Positions 41,901 through 51,615 of a stretch of DNA of 58,215 nt are shown here, piece after piece. Location: IMG/VR virus record IMGVR_UViG_3300010354_000102, positions 1 to 58,215 of that record; one strand, written 5' to 3'. Each line of letters starts with the position of its first letter. The stretch's first letter is position 1. This DNA is from a virus. Taxonomy: Duplodnaviria > Caudoviricetes. Below the pieces are notes generated by a model that saw nothing but the letters and a program-made list of their open reading frames with translations, was not told where the DNA came from and did no database searches. The position numbers and the translations under genes were made by a program.

Positions 41901-44900
41901 ATAATATAAATCAAATTCTTTCTTAACGTTATTAAATTGTGTAGATATATCTTTTAATTTTCTGAAGAATTGATTATTTAAACTAGAATCTTTAAATTTA
42001 ACAATTCTTCCAATAATCTTTTGTGGAGGACTATCAACTCCCTCTTTATATTGAGCAAACGTAATTGGATTTCCAAAAACACTTCTATATCCTAATGGAG
42101 CTTTAGAAAATGTTAGTTGATTTCCAGAAACAGTATATGATACTCCTGGTTCTTGAACAATTCCATCTAATGATAAAATAATATTTTCTTCGCTACTGAC
42201 AGAATAAGGAGTATTAGAACCCAACAATGTTATTGTAAATGTTGTTGTTCCTGCTCTATTTCCATTTGAATTAAAATAACCATTAAAATCTGGTGTTAAT
42301 TTAAATTCATATGCTAGAGTTTCTCCAGTATCATATGTGGATGCAACAACGGATCCCCTACCTCTAAGAACATTAGTATCACTAACTCTAATAGATGATT
42401 GGGTAATAGTTCTATAAGTATTTTCTACTGTAATCTTATTCTTTTGAGGATCCCATATTTCAATAACGCTAGTGTGAGAAATTTTTGGTTGGATGGGATT
42501 GATTCTATTGATTCCCTGGGATTCAATAGAAACCTCTCCAAATAACTGAAATCCTGCAGGATGAACAGTTTGCTTGATTAAATCTCTCCATACATCTATC
42601 GGTGTCTTTGACTTGATTACATAAGAGTAATCTTGATAGAAATATGAATCAGCTATTTTTTGATAATTGGAATTTAATTTAGATCTATCAGAAGCATAGA
42701 ACCCTAAATTATCAAAATAAGATTTTATATCTGGATGGAACTCTGATTCGTAAGAAGTAACTAGTGTTGCTGTAGTATTATCAGACGATCCTATAATTTG
42801 AAGATTATTTTTAAATTCACCTTCTACTCTCTCAATTCTTAAAATATTAGTTCCTTTTTTCCAACCTTTCTTAGCAACATATCCAATAGCAATTACTATA
42901 TTATTTTCTTTTTGAACAATTTGTTCGCCATCTTTATAACCATTTCCCTGAATATTTTTTAATAGAAGAATTTTATTAGATGTGAACTTCTTAGAAATGG
43001 TAGAATCTTTGATAAAATCTTTTCCATTAAAAATAATTTTTACATTCTTAGGTTGACCTATCGTAGATGATGTAAAATAAATTTTAGGAGACGCTTCGAT
43101 AATTCTGATCTCTGGAGCAACTGTATAACCAATACCTTTGTTCTTAGTAATTACTCCAGCAATAGAACCATCACTATTTTTTACAATACTAAATTCTGCA
43201 AATTTTCCAGTAGCATTTAACAATATTGCTTTTGGTTCTATATAATTTTTTCCAGGATTTTCTATAACGATAGAAGAAATATTTTTAAATTGAGAATTCC
43301 AAACAACTCTTGCAACACACTCATTACTTGGTGCTGGTCTTACTCCTAATACAGTTGGTAATTCATTAAATCCTGTTCCTTGATTCAACAAAGAAACAGA
43401 ATTAATTTCTCCAATAGCAGATTTTGATGTAGTAGTATAAGATATGGTTCCTGAACCATCATATTGTGGTATAGATGTTAATTCATATACAATTTCGTTG
43501 TTTGTAACGTAATCTGCAGTTTTTTCTCCTTGTAAAGGATCTTCAATGATTCTTACATAGGATTTATCTGAATCAATAATTTTATTTTTATCGAAATAGA
43601 AGAAAGTATTAAAATCTGCTAATGTTTTATTATTAAATTGGTTGGATGCAATTACGGCACCAAAACCAGATTTAAATGTAGTGAATGATCCCGCATTTCC
43701 TGGAAGAATATTATTTGGTTTCGATTCAACTGTTAGAATATTAAAATTGCCGCTTGGAGAAAATTCTATGAAACTATCTCTCAAACTAAAATGAGAGGTA
43801 TCTAATTTATACTTGTAGTAATTTTGGAATTTTAATACAGGGTTTCTTTCCCAATTTACTCCATCATATGAAAATTCAAACTTATATGCTGCAGGTTCTA
43901 TATTATCCTTTACAGTAACTAGTTTCTTAGGATCACTATCATCAAAGAAAGCATAATTTGGAACTAATGGATTAATATTTTCTAAAGTTCTAGAAACATT
44001 ATAAACAACAGTAATTTTCTGAGTTTTTAAATCGTAATTTAATACATAACCATCAGCATCACTTAATCCTAAATGATAGTTAGAAGGCAATGTATATTGA
44101 TTTAAGTAATTTGTGACAAGTTCATTATTAAAATGTTCTTTGATGGTAGTATTGTATTGACCTCTTTGAACTATAACATATGAGTTTGGAATATTTACTG
44201 AAGTTACTCTAACAACTTCATCTCCAACTAAAAGGTAGTCATTTTCAGAAATATTATTTACATCGGAAAGATATAAAGTAGTATCATTTACACCAAATCC
44301 AACGTGCTGAACGTCTAAAAGTAAAGATCTAGTAGATGTTCCTCCTTTATCGAGAGAAGCGGGAGAAACTGTTAAAATATCACCTCTCTTATATTGTTTT
44401 CCCTTGTAAGTTAAAACAATATTAGTCACAACTCCATTTGTGACACTAATAGTTGCTCGTGCATTATCAACATTTCCTGGTCTACCAATTGTTGCTAATT
44501 CAGAATTTCCTACTATTCTACCTTCAAAATCTCTGCATTTTGAGATGTCTGCAAAAATTAATTCTACATTAGTAAATGTTCCATTACCAGATGTAGTCGA
44601 AGCATAGTCACCGACAATTTGATTATTGTTTTTGTAACTACCATTATTCAAAACAAATAGATTACCAATACCAGTATCACTTAATTTTTTATTATAATTT
44701 GGAGCATTAAGTGAAACAGTTTGATAAATCCTTTTTCTTACAAATATAGTAGTCTCTGTTGTTGAATCATTAGGATTAATATTAACTGTAAAATTCTCTC
44801 CTTGACCGATCTTGTGATCTTCGGATGTTTTTAAAATGGCAATATTATTATTAATACCAATTGGTTTGATATCAGAACTTAAATTGAATATCGTTACGAT

Positions 44901-47900
44901 TTTTCCACCAACACTGTCATTAATAGAAGAACTTCTTAAGAAATATCCTTGTTCAGTTGTAAATTGACCTTGTAAAACGCGAACTTTTATAGAATTTCTG
45001 AAAGTAGTAGATTCTAGAATTGTTCCCTTTGCTTTTTGATTAGTTGCAACAGATCCAGGAGAATTGTTGTTTATTAATGTTATTGGCGAACCATTCAAAG
45101 TAGTAGCAACTTTAAATCTATTTGGTTCGGCATTTACGACATAATAAATTTGATTAGCAATAATATTTGAAAATGTATTACTAAAAACAATTGGTTCTCC
45201 ATTTACAAATGGATTGGATGATACTTGAAGTCTGTTACTTTGAACTTTTAAAATGACTACTTGTTTTCCATTTGTTAATGAAACGGTAGAATTTGCTGAA
45301 TAATCTGATGGTTTATCTAATACAACGTTTATAACATTAATAGAAGAAAATAGTTCGTTGGTAGTATTAAAAGTTCCAGATACATTTCTCAAAACTATAG
45401 TTTTATCATCAAAAACATTAGAAATAACTTGACCAGTTGCTCCAGTTACTTCTTGTGTGATGATATCATTCTCAAAAAAGTATGCGGGATTTTCTGTGGT
45501 AATTTTTAATGCTTTTGTTTGACGAGATTCGATAGAAACTACATTTTTACCTTTTAATGATGAAACCTGAGCAACTGCATTTGATCCATCCGTATTTGTG
45601 TAGTCTATATCTACTACACTACCAACAGAAAATGTATTGGTGGAAGATTCTACAATTGCACCGCTCAATGAACCAGAATTAATTGATTCTACGTATGCTA
45701 ACACTCCAGAACCATTTTCGGGAGTTTTGTCTGTTATTAATCTTCTAACTTTTCTTGGAAGATCCTTTTGGGATATAACTTTATTATAATTAGAATCAAC
45801 AGGTAAAGAATAAAAGTTATCTCCTATGACATAAGGATATACGGGAGTATTATCCGCAGATACAGTTACAAAATATGCATAAGTTCCAGCAGGATATTCT
45901 GGAGTAACACAAAATCTGCCATTATTTTCGTCTAAAGATCCAGATCTATGATTATATTTAAAATCTTCAACAAATGAACCCAATGGATATGTATCTACTG
46001 AAGGACCATCAAGTCTGTTAGTTTTCAAAGAATAACTAGAAGTCATTCTTGCTACAGCACTATTAGAATCCAAAGAATTAGAATATCCATAAGGACCATA
46101 AATTGGATTGCCATCAAAAGCATATCCTAAAATGGGAGAATGAACTAGAGGAGATGTTTCTACAAATAATGAAGAGATGTTATCACCTAGCTCATATCTT
46201 AATGATTTTGGATTTGCGAGATAAGAATATCCATATCCAATAGAAGGATCATTATTTTGGAAATAATAACCATAATTAATATCTAAAGAATTAGCGTGTT
46301 TAAATACTAAATTTCTTCTCCATGTTCTAACAACTGATACAGCTGTTGCTCCAGAACCAACTGGAACTACTTCAACTGATACATTTTGCTGGGTATAAAA
46401 TTTACCAGCGTCATTTTGAATAAAATCAACTATTTGCCCAGCATTATTGATTACAGCAGTGTAATTAGCAAATCTTCCTTTACCGAGAGAATCTCTAATG
46501 ATAATTTTTGGTGGAGTTGAATAATATTCGCCTGGATTAATGATTTTTAATTTAGATACTTTATCTCCAGTAACTACTGCTTCTACTACAGCTCCTCTTC
46601 CTGATGTGATTGTAATACTTGGAACGGGAGGAAAGAATCCCGAACCAGATTCTAAAACATCAATTCTATCAATAACTTCTCCACTCAATACTGCCTTTCC
46701 TTTGGCAACTATTTCTCCAGAACCATCTTGTATCAAAACATATGGAACATCTCTATAACCACTACCTTTATTAGTTACTTCAACGCTTGTAATTTCACCA
46801 AAAGTAACTAAATTTTGATCAGTGTCTTTATAACTTCTTACAGTTGTTCCATTTACTAAAATACCAACCTCATTGGGTTGAGTTTTATAAATCTCAGTAG
46901 TTCTAGTTGGATATTTCCTAATTAATTTTAATTTTTGTTGATCTTTTAAAGTAATATTCCAATTAGTCTTTCCAATATCATGACTTGGATATCCTGAAGA
47001 TGTAATGTAGTAATATTGATCATCTTCAAAAATAGCAGAAACATTTGCTAGAACTTCCGAGAGATCTGAATCTATTGTAGTGTTTGCTGAAGATGGATTT
47101 GTATTATTTTCATTAATTAACCATCTGTAATTACCAGAAATTCTATCAAAAAGAATATTGTCTCTACTTTCAAATCCTGGTTCAGAAATTTGAATAAAAT
47201 CTCCTTCTTTTGAGTGTGCTTTTAAGGAAGAAGGTGTTAAATTGTATAAAATACCAAAAACTATTAATCTTACTTGCTGAGTTGCTCCATTATTATCAAT
47301 ATATGAAGAAAATACTGGCGTATTGTCATAAACGATAGTATTTACGTTATGGTATTGGGGTGTAGATCCTCTAGATTCTACTTCAAACTGATTAATATTT
47401 TTATTCTTGAAGACGATTACTTCATTTCCGACAATAACACTTCCAGACGTATTAGACCAACCAGCGGTAGAGTAAACATTAATCTTACTATTAACAGATT
47501 GTGTATTAGTTACTGATTTTGTTAGATAAGTTCTATTTGCTACAGAAAATTCACCTACTACTGTATCAGTTCCTAAAATAACTTCATAAAATCCATCTCC
47601 AATATCTACAATATTATCAACTACCCCAAAAGCATTCTTAATAGATGCATCAGATAGACTCTGATTTTGAATTAATTTCTCCCCAACAATTTTATTAATG
47701 TCTCCCGAGAGAACTTTAACTTTTAATGCATACTTATTGATCCATTCACCATTAGATGTCTTATATGTGCTTTGATTGGGATAATATACGGTAGGAATAT
47801 CACTAGCATCTTTCGCTACAATCGAATTAAAAATAAATTTAATTGATTGATCTGTTCCTTTCGCAGCATAAAACTTTTTAATGTTTTTGATTAGTAAAGA

Positions 47901-48470
47901 TTTATCAACTTGACTCTTTAAATCTTTTTCTGGGAAAGAACCTAGATATTCTTTTTCAAAATTTTTAACTAACGCATATAAAAATAAGTTGCTAATATTA
48001 GATACAACTTTCCCTGATAGGTGAGTTTTACCCTCCCCTAAATCTTCATATTCAACCGTTTTAATATCTGGTTTATTGTAAAGATCTCCTAATTTTGTAG
48101 TTGCATTGATATTTCTATAACAACCTACAAAAGTATTTGATGTTTTATAACGATAAAAGATTGCTTCATCGTCAATTAAAATATACCCATTAGTGCTAGG
48201 AAAAGATTTAGTATCAGCAACAGTAATTACAGTATCTGTTGGGTTGATATTTGATACTAAAGTAGTATTTTCCTGTAAAATTTTGGTTTCATACGTATCA
48301 ATATCTCTATACTTAGAGAGATTATTGATTAGATCTAATGGTTGTCCAGGTAACTCTAATTGTTCATAATACTTTTGTAAAAAAGCAGTGAACTTTGGAT
48401 ATTCTGTAGAGATGAAATTTGGTAATTGCTTGTCAATTAAAGCAGATAGATTTCTTACCTTGGATGCCAT
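38955..48470 (-). CDS. gp7: Baseplate wedge initiator, extended cyanophage form (3171 aa)
   Basis: QLPNFI..EYPKF..FL..YYE, IKNIKKFY.AKGT..S, DSYFYQDYSYVIKS...HPAG; lies between gp6 and gp8. Confidence 0.88.
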   Translation of the reverse strand: MASKVRNLSALIDKQLPNFISTEYPKFTAFLQKYYEQLELPGQPLDLINNLSKYRDIDTYETKILQENTTLVSNINPTDTVITVADTKSFPSTNGYILIDDEAIFYRYKTSNTFVGCYRNINATTKLGDLYNKPDIKTVEYEDLGEGKTHLSGKVVSNISNLFLYALVKNFEKEYLGSFPEKDLKSQVDKSLLIKNIKKFYAAKGTDQSIKFIFNSIVAKDASDIPTVYYPNQSTYKTSNGEWINKYALKVKVLSGDINKIVGEKLIQNQSLSDASIKNAFGVVDNIVDIGDGFYEVILGTDTVVGEFSVANRTYLTKSVTNTQSVNSKINVYSTAGWSNTSGSVIVGNEVIVFKNKNINQFEVESRGSTPQYHNVNTIVYDNTPVFSSYIDNNGATQQVRLIVFGILYNLTPSSLKAHSKEGDFIQISEPGFESRDNILFDRISGNYRWLINENNTNPSSANTTIDSDLSEVLANVSAIFEDDQYYYITSSGYPSHDIGKTNWNITLKDQQKLKLIRKYPTRTTEIYKTQPNEVGILVNGTTVRSYKDTDQNLVTFGEITSVEVTNKGSGYRDVPYVLIQDGSGEIVAKGKAVLSGEVIDRIDVLESGSGFFPPVPSITITSGRGAVVEAVVTGDKVSKLKIINPGEYYSTPPKIIIRDSLGKGRFANYTAVINNAGQIVDFIQNDAGKFYTQQNVSVEVVPVGSGATAVSVVRTWRRNLVFKHANSLDINYGYYFQNNDPSIGYGYSYLANPKSLRYELGDNISSLFVETSPLVHSPILGYAFDGNPIYGPYGYSNSLDSNSAVARMTSSYSLKTNRLDGPSVDTYPLGSFVEDFKYNHRSGSLDENNGRFCVTPEYPAGTYAYFVTVSADNTPVYPYVIGDNFYSLPVDSNYNKVISQKDLPRKVRRLITDKTPENGSGVLAYVESINSGSLSGAIVESSTNTFSVGSVVDIDYTNTDGSNAVAQVSSLKGKNVVSIESRQTKALKITTENPAYFFENDIITQEVTGATGQVISNVFDDKTIVLRNVSGTFNTTNELFSSINVINVVLDKPSDYSANSTVSLTNGKQVVILKVQSNRLQVSSNPFVNGEPIVFSNTFSNIIANQIYYVVNAEPNRFKVATTLNGSPITLINNNSPGSVATNQKAKGTILESTTFRNSIKVRVLQGQFTTEQGYFLRSSSINDSVGGKIVTIFNLSSDIKPIGINNNIAILKTSEDHKIGQGENFTVNINPNDSTTETTIFVRKRIYQTVSLNAPNYNKKLSDTGIGNLFVLNNGSYKNNNQIVGDYASTTSGNGTFTNVELIFADISKCRDFEGRIVGNSELATIGRPGNVDNARATISVTNGVVTNIVLTYKGKQYKRGDILTVSPASLDKGGTSTRSLLLDVQHVGFGVNDTTLYLSDVNNISENDYLLVGDEVVRVTSVNIPNSYVIVQRGQYNTTIKEHFNNELVTNYLNQYTLPSNYHLGLSDADGYVLNYDLKTQKITVVYNVSRTLENINPLVPNYAFFDDSDPKKLVTVKDNIEPAAYKFEFSYDGVNWERNPVLKFQNYYKYKLDTSHFSLRDSFIEFSPSGNFNILTVESKPNNILPGNAGSFTTFKSGFGAVIASNQFNNKTLADFNTFFYFDKNKIIDSDKSYVRIIEDPLQGEKTADYVTNNEIVYELTSIPQYDGSGTISYTTTSKSAIGEINSVSLLNQGTGFNELPTVLGVRPAPSNECVARVVWNSQFKNISSIVIENPGKNYIEPKAILLNATGKFAEFSIVKNSDGSIAGVITKNKGIGYTVAPEIRIIEASPKIYFTSSTIGQPKNVKIIFNGKDFIKDSTISKKFTSNKILLLKNIQGNGYKDGEQIVQKENNIVIAIGYVAKKGWKKGTNILRIERVEGEFKNNLQIIGSSDNTTATLVTSYESEFHPDIKSYFDNLGFYASDRSKLNSNYQKIADSYFYQDYSYVIKSKTPIDVWRDLIKQTVHPAGFQLFGEVSIESQGINRINPIQPKISHTSVIEIWDPQKNKITVENTYRTITQSSIRVSDTNVLRGRGSVVASTYDTGETLAYEFKLTPDFNGYFNSNGNRAGTTTFTITLLGSNTPYSVSSEENIILSLDGIVQEPGVSYTVSGNQLTFSKAPLGYRSVFGNPITFAQYKEGVDSPPQKIIGRIVKFKDSSLNNQFFRKLKDISTQFNNVKKEFDLYYEDNTPVNLSSGENLLVAIDGVIQQAGSTPLLPLDRAYYIKRTSIPNKIVFVEPPRMFNDIKQSFYAYSVGGYERLTLDKIYIDGVRKGPFLLKSAVSGKTVTVDEDLNVLVFVDGVLQKRNKSYVIRGANISFTEPIDPNQKVNIIYLYGRDYVKSLTSFNYDNIPFLNEYEITVSGNYTSEPTKILLDSPIRSDYAYGYVKSVRFNGTNSIITVQTDNRKFALGDDLIITNIADSFYNLTINASSIISISDFVRDENSQDVLAKSNIAWLYKTAKDPERGFLRKGDFIKIDGETDYRKILNIPNVATKTDYRDTDTLGYYGKISTTNYNGTPIGEGLDIVAQIQNGKVISLLWNQKDWNTFETKKILPSSPGYGYETAPQLIFVSQPLKDEGGSIISPAQGGGAKAYAVVHDGEIIDIVLYDQGSGYISPPRVFVARGYDVLRKGRSVETNKIYVGMSPQLDLATSLYVSTGDRLDADLPPQVFISSFLLVTPFNTDRKLTAIIQRDLSVKTPSSQAPINHVSTLDLRANVSSLSVSVNLFQSSLETPLSIVESQNKVTIQQSSRFIESSVRSFAKVNYLLAYRSLHETGAYLDAPMDLDDEVVFVPTTEKFAKFGKLLIGDEIVFYNQKLSDRFIYITRGVNGTTIKEHPAGQFLRQFSDDVSIISAGVSSAESLAQIQIIGGGVTTASVGIVEILQIEVDVTEVSLDNQFTEVLQITNFTDSVTSTKIESIFNSNIGISVATSENRTSRQINTILSSGIENISVNTVQRIIPSTERFYKTGFVDYYVENVLFTNPIRQRNGNLITLENPGNDVYQRSGIVVLISNAQQNPDELLSYSLGNAGNNLSMLNEWYTVDDGSANVSGLTLNEIDYNYGQFTLQDFSDKGNSAISSSRIIWNLTCPSIQNPVAISASNGSIGSTITVQNTSYFPNTGYIYHSNGTVFGVIRYTGKTTTTFTGCTVYSGSSTIYTGSEIIPYFI

Positions 48471-48475
48471 TTATT

Positions 48476-50281
48476 CTACTCTTGAATAAGGGTGAAAATA
48501 CTTTTGTCAATATCTACATCTAAATATACTTCTCTCTTTGCGAGAATGTCATTATATTCTGGTTTTAGACGTATTTCAATTTTGTCATCATCAAAACTTC
48601 CATCAATAATTGTCAAATTATATAACTGAATTTCACCTTTTTCATAATTAATGATACCTTGATTGTTGTTTAGAACAATTTTTTCCGAAGTCTGTGAATC
48701 AAGTCGATATAAAACAACTTTTCCATCACGATCTTCAAGATAAACAGTATATTGAGGAAACTCTTGAACTTTGAATCCTGTAGATGTCAATGTTTTTACA
48801 TCTAAATCAATAGCAAAACGATTGTTAAAACAAAATTCATAGTATGCTTTATTATTTAACGAAGGATAAAAATCCTTTCTCATAACAATATCAGTTAAGT
48901 TTGATTTGATAGATCTTTCTGAACTATCAATCACACTCACAAATTTACTATAACGATACTTGCCACCAAATTTTTCTGTATCAGAACTAGCAATATACTT
49001 ATTGATATTTTCTATAACTTTTGCTTTTAAGGCATCGGCAGTAGATGTAGTTACGGTTGCATCATAAAAAATTCTTGAATACATTTCAATGTAAATAATC
49101 GATGCATCAACAATTTCTGGAATAACCGAAGCAACCGAATATTTTCTCAACTCATCAAGAATAATTTTCTTCGTATACGATGATAAGTATGAAAGATTTC
49201 TTGGTTTAATAGCAATCTTAACTTTTCCATACTCAGGCGGATCTGCTTGTTCTCCACCATATGTAATAATATCTGCTGCTACTGGATATACTCTACGAAT
49301 GATAGAAGTGTAGTCAGTGGCGGTTACAGCACGGTTCTGAGTGCCATACATTGCTGGAGCATTGATCTTAATACTATCAACTGATTCTATATTTGCTCCA
49401 CCAAATGCTCTTGTTAAAACAGTAATGTTATTAACCGTTGCAATAAAATTAGTATTTCCTGAAATATCAGTTACAACACCATTGAAAGTAAAATTAGCAG
49501 TTCCGTTTGTATCTGGCCCGTTAGTTACAATATAACTAATCTCTACAATTTGACCTTGAACTAATTTTTTTCCAAATACACCATCTCCAAATGTAATCTT
49601 GTAATTTTCATCTTCAATTTCATTTACAAAATAAGCAGGTGATGTTGGGCTTACGTTTAGAATATTATCGGATTGAACAAACTTCTCAAAAGTGCTAGAT
49701 CCAGATCCTTGAAATACTCTAACTCTAATCGATGATGTATCAATACCAGCATTATTTAAAATAACGCTAAATTGATCATTTGATGTTACATTATATGAGT
49801 TAGTAACAAACGATCCTTCGTATATTTTTAGAGAAGGAAAGTATGCAGTATTGTTTGGAAGAACAGATGCTTTCACGTCATCCAATACAACATACTGATA
49901 AACTTGATCATTTACAATCGAGATAAAAGCATTTCCTCTTTTAAGAAATACTGTTTCTGGGATTGTAGTTCCTGATGCAATGCTTAGAGTTAAATCAATA
50001 GCAGCAGAAGCGGCAACTGCAGATCTAGGAACGTATCCTAATTGCTTCGCTAATGATACTACGTTGTCTCTTACGGTAGCAGAGTCAAGGAATGCTTCGT
50101 TGACAACCATATTGGCATTAAATGCCGAATAATAGGTGTTATATGCCAATACATCAAGAAGCATTCCTAATGTAGAACCTTCAAAATCATAATCAGTAAA
50201 ATCTGAGTTTGCTCTGAGATAATCTCTCAAAGCAACTTTTATATCAAAATAATCTAAATTTGTTAACTGATTGTATGCCAT
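48476..50281 (-). CDS. gp6: Baseplate wedge subunit
   Basis: FTDYDFEGS.L..LLDVLAYNTYY, LAKQLGYVPRS, QNRAVTATDY, PPEYGKV. Confidence 0.95.
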   Translation of the reverse strand: MAYNQLTNLDYFDIKVALRDYLRANSDFTDYDFEGSTLGMLLDVLAYNTYYSAFNANMVVNEAFLDSATVRDNVVSLAKQLGYVPRSAVAASAAIDLTLSIASGTTIPETVFLKRGNAFISIVNDQVYQYVVLDDVKASVLPNNTAYFPSLKIYEGSFVTNSYNVTSNDQFSVILNNAGIDTSSIRVRVFQGSGSSTFEKFVQSDNILNVSPTSPAYFVNEIEDENYKITFGDGVFGKKLVQGQIVEISYIVTNGPDTNGTANFTFNGVVTDISGNTNFIATVNNITVLTRAFGGANIESVDSIKINAPAMYGTQNRAVTATDYTSIIRRVYPVAADIITYGGEQADPPEYGKVKIAIKPRNLSYLSSYTKKIILDELRKYSVASVIPEIVDASIIYIEMYSRIFYDATVTTSTADALKAKVIENINKYIASSDTEKFGGKYRYSKFVSVIDSSERSIKSNLTDIVMRKDFYPSLNNKAYYEFCFNNRFAIDLDVKTLTSTGFKVQEFPQYTVYLEDRDGKVVLYRLDSQTSEKIVLNNNQGIINYEKGEIQLYNLTIIDGSFDDDKIEIRLKPEYNDILAKREVYLDVDIDKSIFTLIQE

Positions 50282-50285
50282 TTAC

Positions 50286-50681
50286 TTATGCTCTAGTTCT
50301 TTCTAGAAATAGGGTTAACGTTTCGGTTTTTTCTGGCAACCCAATCACTTCAAACTCGATTGTTACATCATAACCATTATCATCATAATTTTCATCAACA
50401 ATAACATCAGTCAATTTGACTCTTGGTTCAAATGCCTTGATTGTATATTCTACTTCACTCTTAACCAAACTTGCATTAATAAAATCTAGGGGTTCAAAAA
50501 GTAAATCGGTGATTCTACTGCCGATGTTGGGGTTGAAGAATCTTTCGCCAGGAACGGTTACGATCAGATTTTGCACTGATTGTTTAATAGCATTGAAATT
50601 TTTTGTAACCATTAGATCATTGGTCACAAAGTTTTTATCAAACGTTACGCTGATATCTTTGAAAGATCTACTAACAGGCAT
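50286..50681 (-). CDS. gp25: Baseplate wedge protein (GPW/gp25 family)
   Basis: AIKQSVQNLI.T.PGERFFNP.IGS, FEPRV. Confidence 0.95.
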   Translation of the reverse strand: MPVSRSFKDISVTFDKNFVTNDLMVTKNFNAIKQSVQNLIVTVPGERFFNPNIGSRITDLLFEPLDFINASLVKSEVEYTIKAFEPRVKLTDVIVDENYDDNGYDVTIEFEVIGLPEKTETLTLFLERTRA

Positions 50682-50691
50682 AAAAATACCA

Positions 50692-50711
50692 TATTTATAA
50701 CATTATTTATA
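50692..50711 (-). promoter_or_regulatory. Two late promoters upstream of gp25
   Basis: TATAAATA at 50692-50699 and 50704-50711. Confidence 0.75.
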
Positions 50712-50728
50712 CCCCTATGAGCATAGAT

Positions 50729-50920
50729 TCAGTGCCACCTCTCGACATAATCATCAAAACCACCCTTGCCACCACAAGGTCTTGACATTCTATCTATTGG
50801 TGGATCATTTTTCTTTGATTGTGATGACGAAGATAGCACTCCATAGTCTGTAATTAACTTTGTAGTGCCCCAATTTTCCTTCATGTAGGAAATATCTCGG
50901 TCAACTTGGTATTTTGCCAT
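50729..50920 (-). CDS. Hypothetical cyanophage protein
   Basis: 63 aa, GGAG ribosome-binding site upstream, WGT..LITDY motif. Confidence 0.7.
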   Translation of the reverse strand: MAKYQVDRDISYMKENWGTTKLITDYGVLSSSSQSKKNDPPIDRMSRPCGGKGGFDDYVERWH

Positions 50921-50983
50921 CTGTTTTTCTCCAAAAAAGGTGTAAAACAGAACTTTTTACGGGGTTGCTATCCCGAAAATTGC

Positions 50984-51027
50984 AAAAAACGACGATAATT
51001 TGCTAAAAATAAGCAAAAAATCGTCGT
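50984..51027 (-). terminator. Probable terminator hairpin
   Basis: ACGACGAT/ATCGTCGT outer stem plus TTTGCT/AGCAAA inner stem, followed by a T run on the minus strand. Confidence 0.55.
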
Positions 51028-51067
51028 CATAGTGCTAGTTATAGCATTTTTTGTCTTTTAGAAGTCT

Positions 51068-51214
51068 TCAACGACCTTGCCCACGATACCTTTTCTTACG
51101 ACCATTACGGGAAGTGGCGGAAAGGTTGGTATTTTTCGACCTTCCTTGACTGGTAAGCTTGGGTTTGCCAGGAACATAGTTAGTTTTTACGAGACCGATC
51201 TTTGCTTTTGCCAT
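51068..51214 (-). CDS. Small basic protein (48 aa, MAKAKIG...KKRYRGQGR)
   Basis: ATG at 51214 just after the PAAR stop; K/R-rich. Confidence 0.7.
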   Translation of the reverse strand: MAKAKIGLVKTNYVPGKPKLTSQGRSKNTNLSATSRNGRKKRYRGQGR

Positions 51215-51224
51215 AGTAATATAA

Positions 51225-51614
51225 TTAAGGTGTGAAAATTGGTAATCCTGGTAGGTCAGGAACTGTAACTGTAAGAGCACCAGCTCTTAAAAATCCAGCA
51301 GGAGATAATGGTGCTGGGTAAAATGTTGGTGGAGCACATATTTTATCTCCTACTCTACCCATTGGTTTTCCGTTTACGAAGACATTTGGGCATCCATCGA
51401 GCACAATATCATTGTGTGGAGGTCTAATTAATACACTAACCACATCAGTTGGAATATCATGAACGATAAATTTACTGCCAGCAGGAACAGCAGGTTTATT
51501 TTCAATGAAAACATTAGGAGAAAACCCTTGACCAGGAATAGGAATTAATCCAGAAGGAGTAAAACTCGTGTGATTGGTCATGTTTGCTGCATCAACTACT
51601 GCTGGCTTTCCCAT
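51225..51614 (-). CDS. PAAR-repeat spike tip protein (gp5.4-like)
   Basis: SPNVFIENKPA, H...H, PNVFVNGKPMGRVGDKIC. Confidence 0.85.
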   Translation of the reverse strand: MGKPAVVDAANMTNHTSFTPSGLIPIPGQGFSPNVFIENKPAVPAGSKFIVHDIPTDVVSVLIRPPHNDIVLDGCPNVFVNGKPMGRVGDKICAPPTFYPAPLSPAGFLRAGALTVTVPDLPGLPIFTP

Positions 51615-51615
51615 T

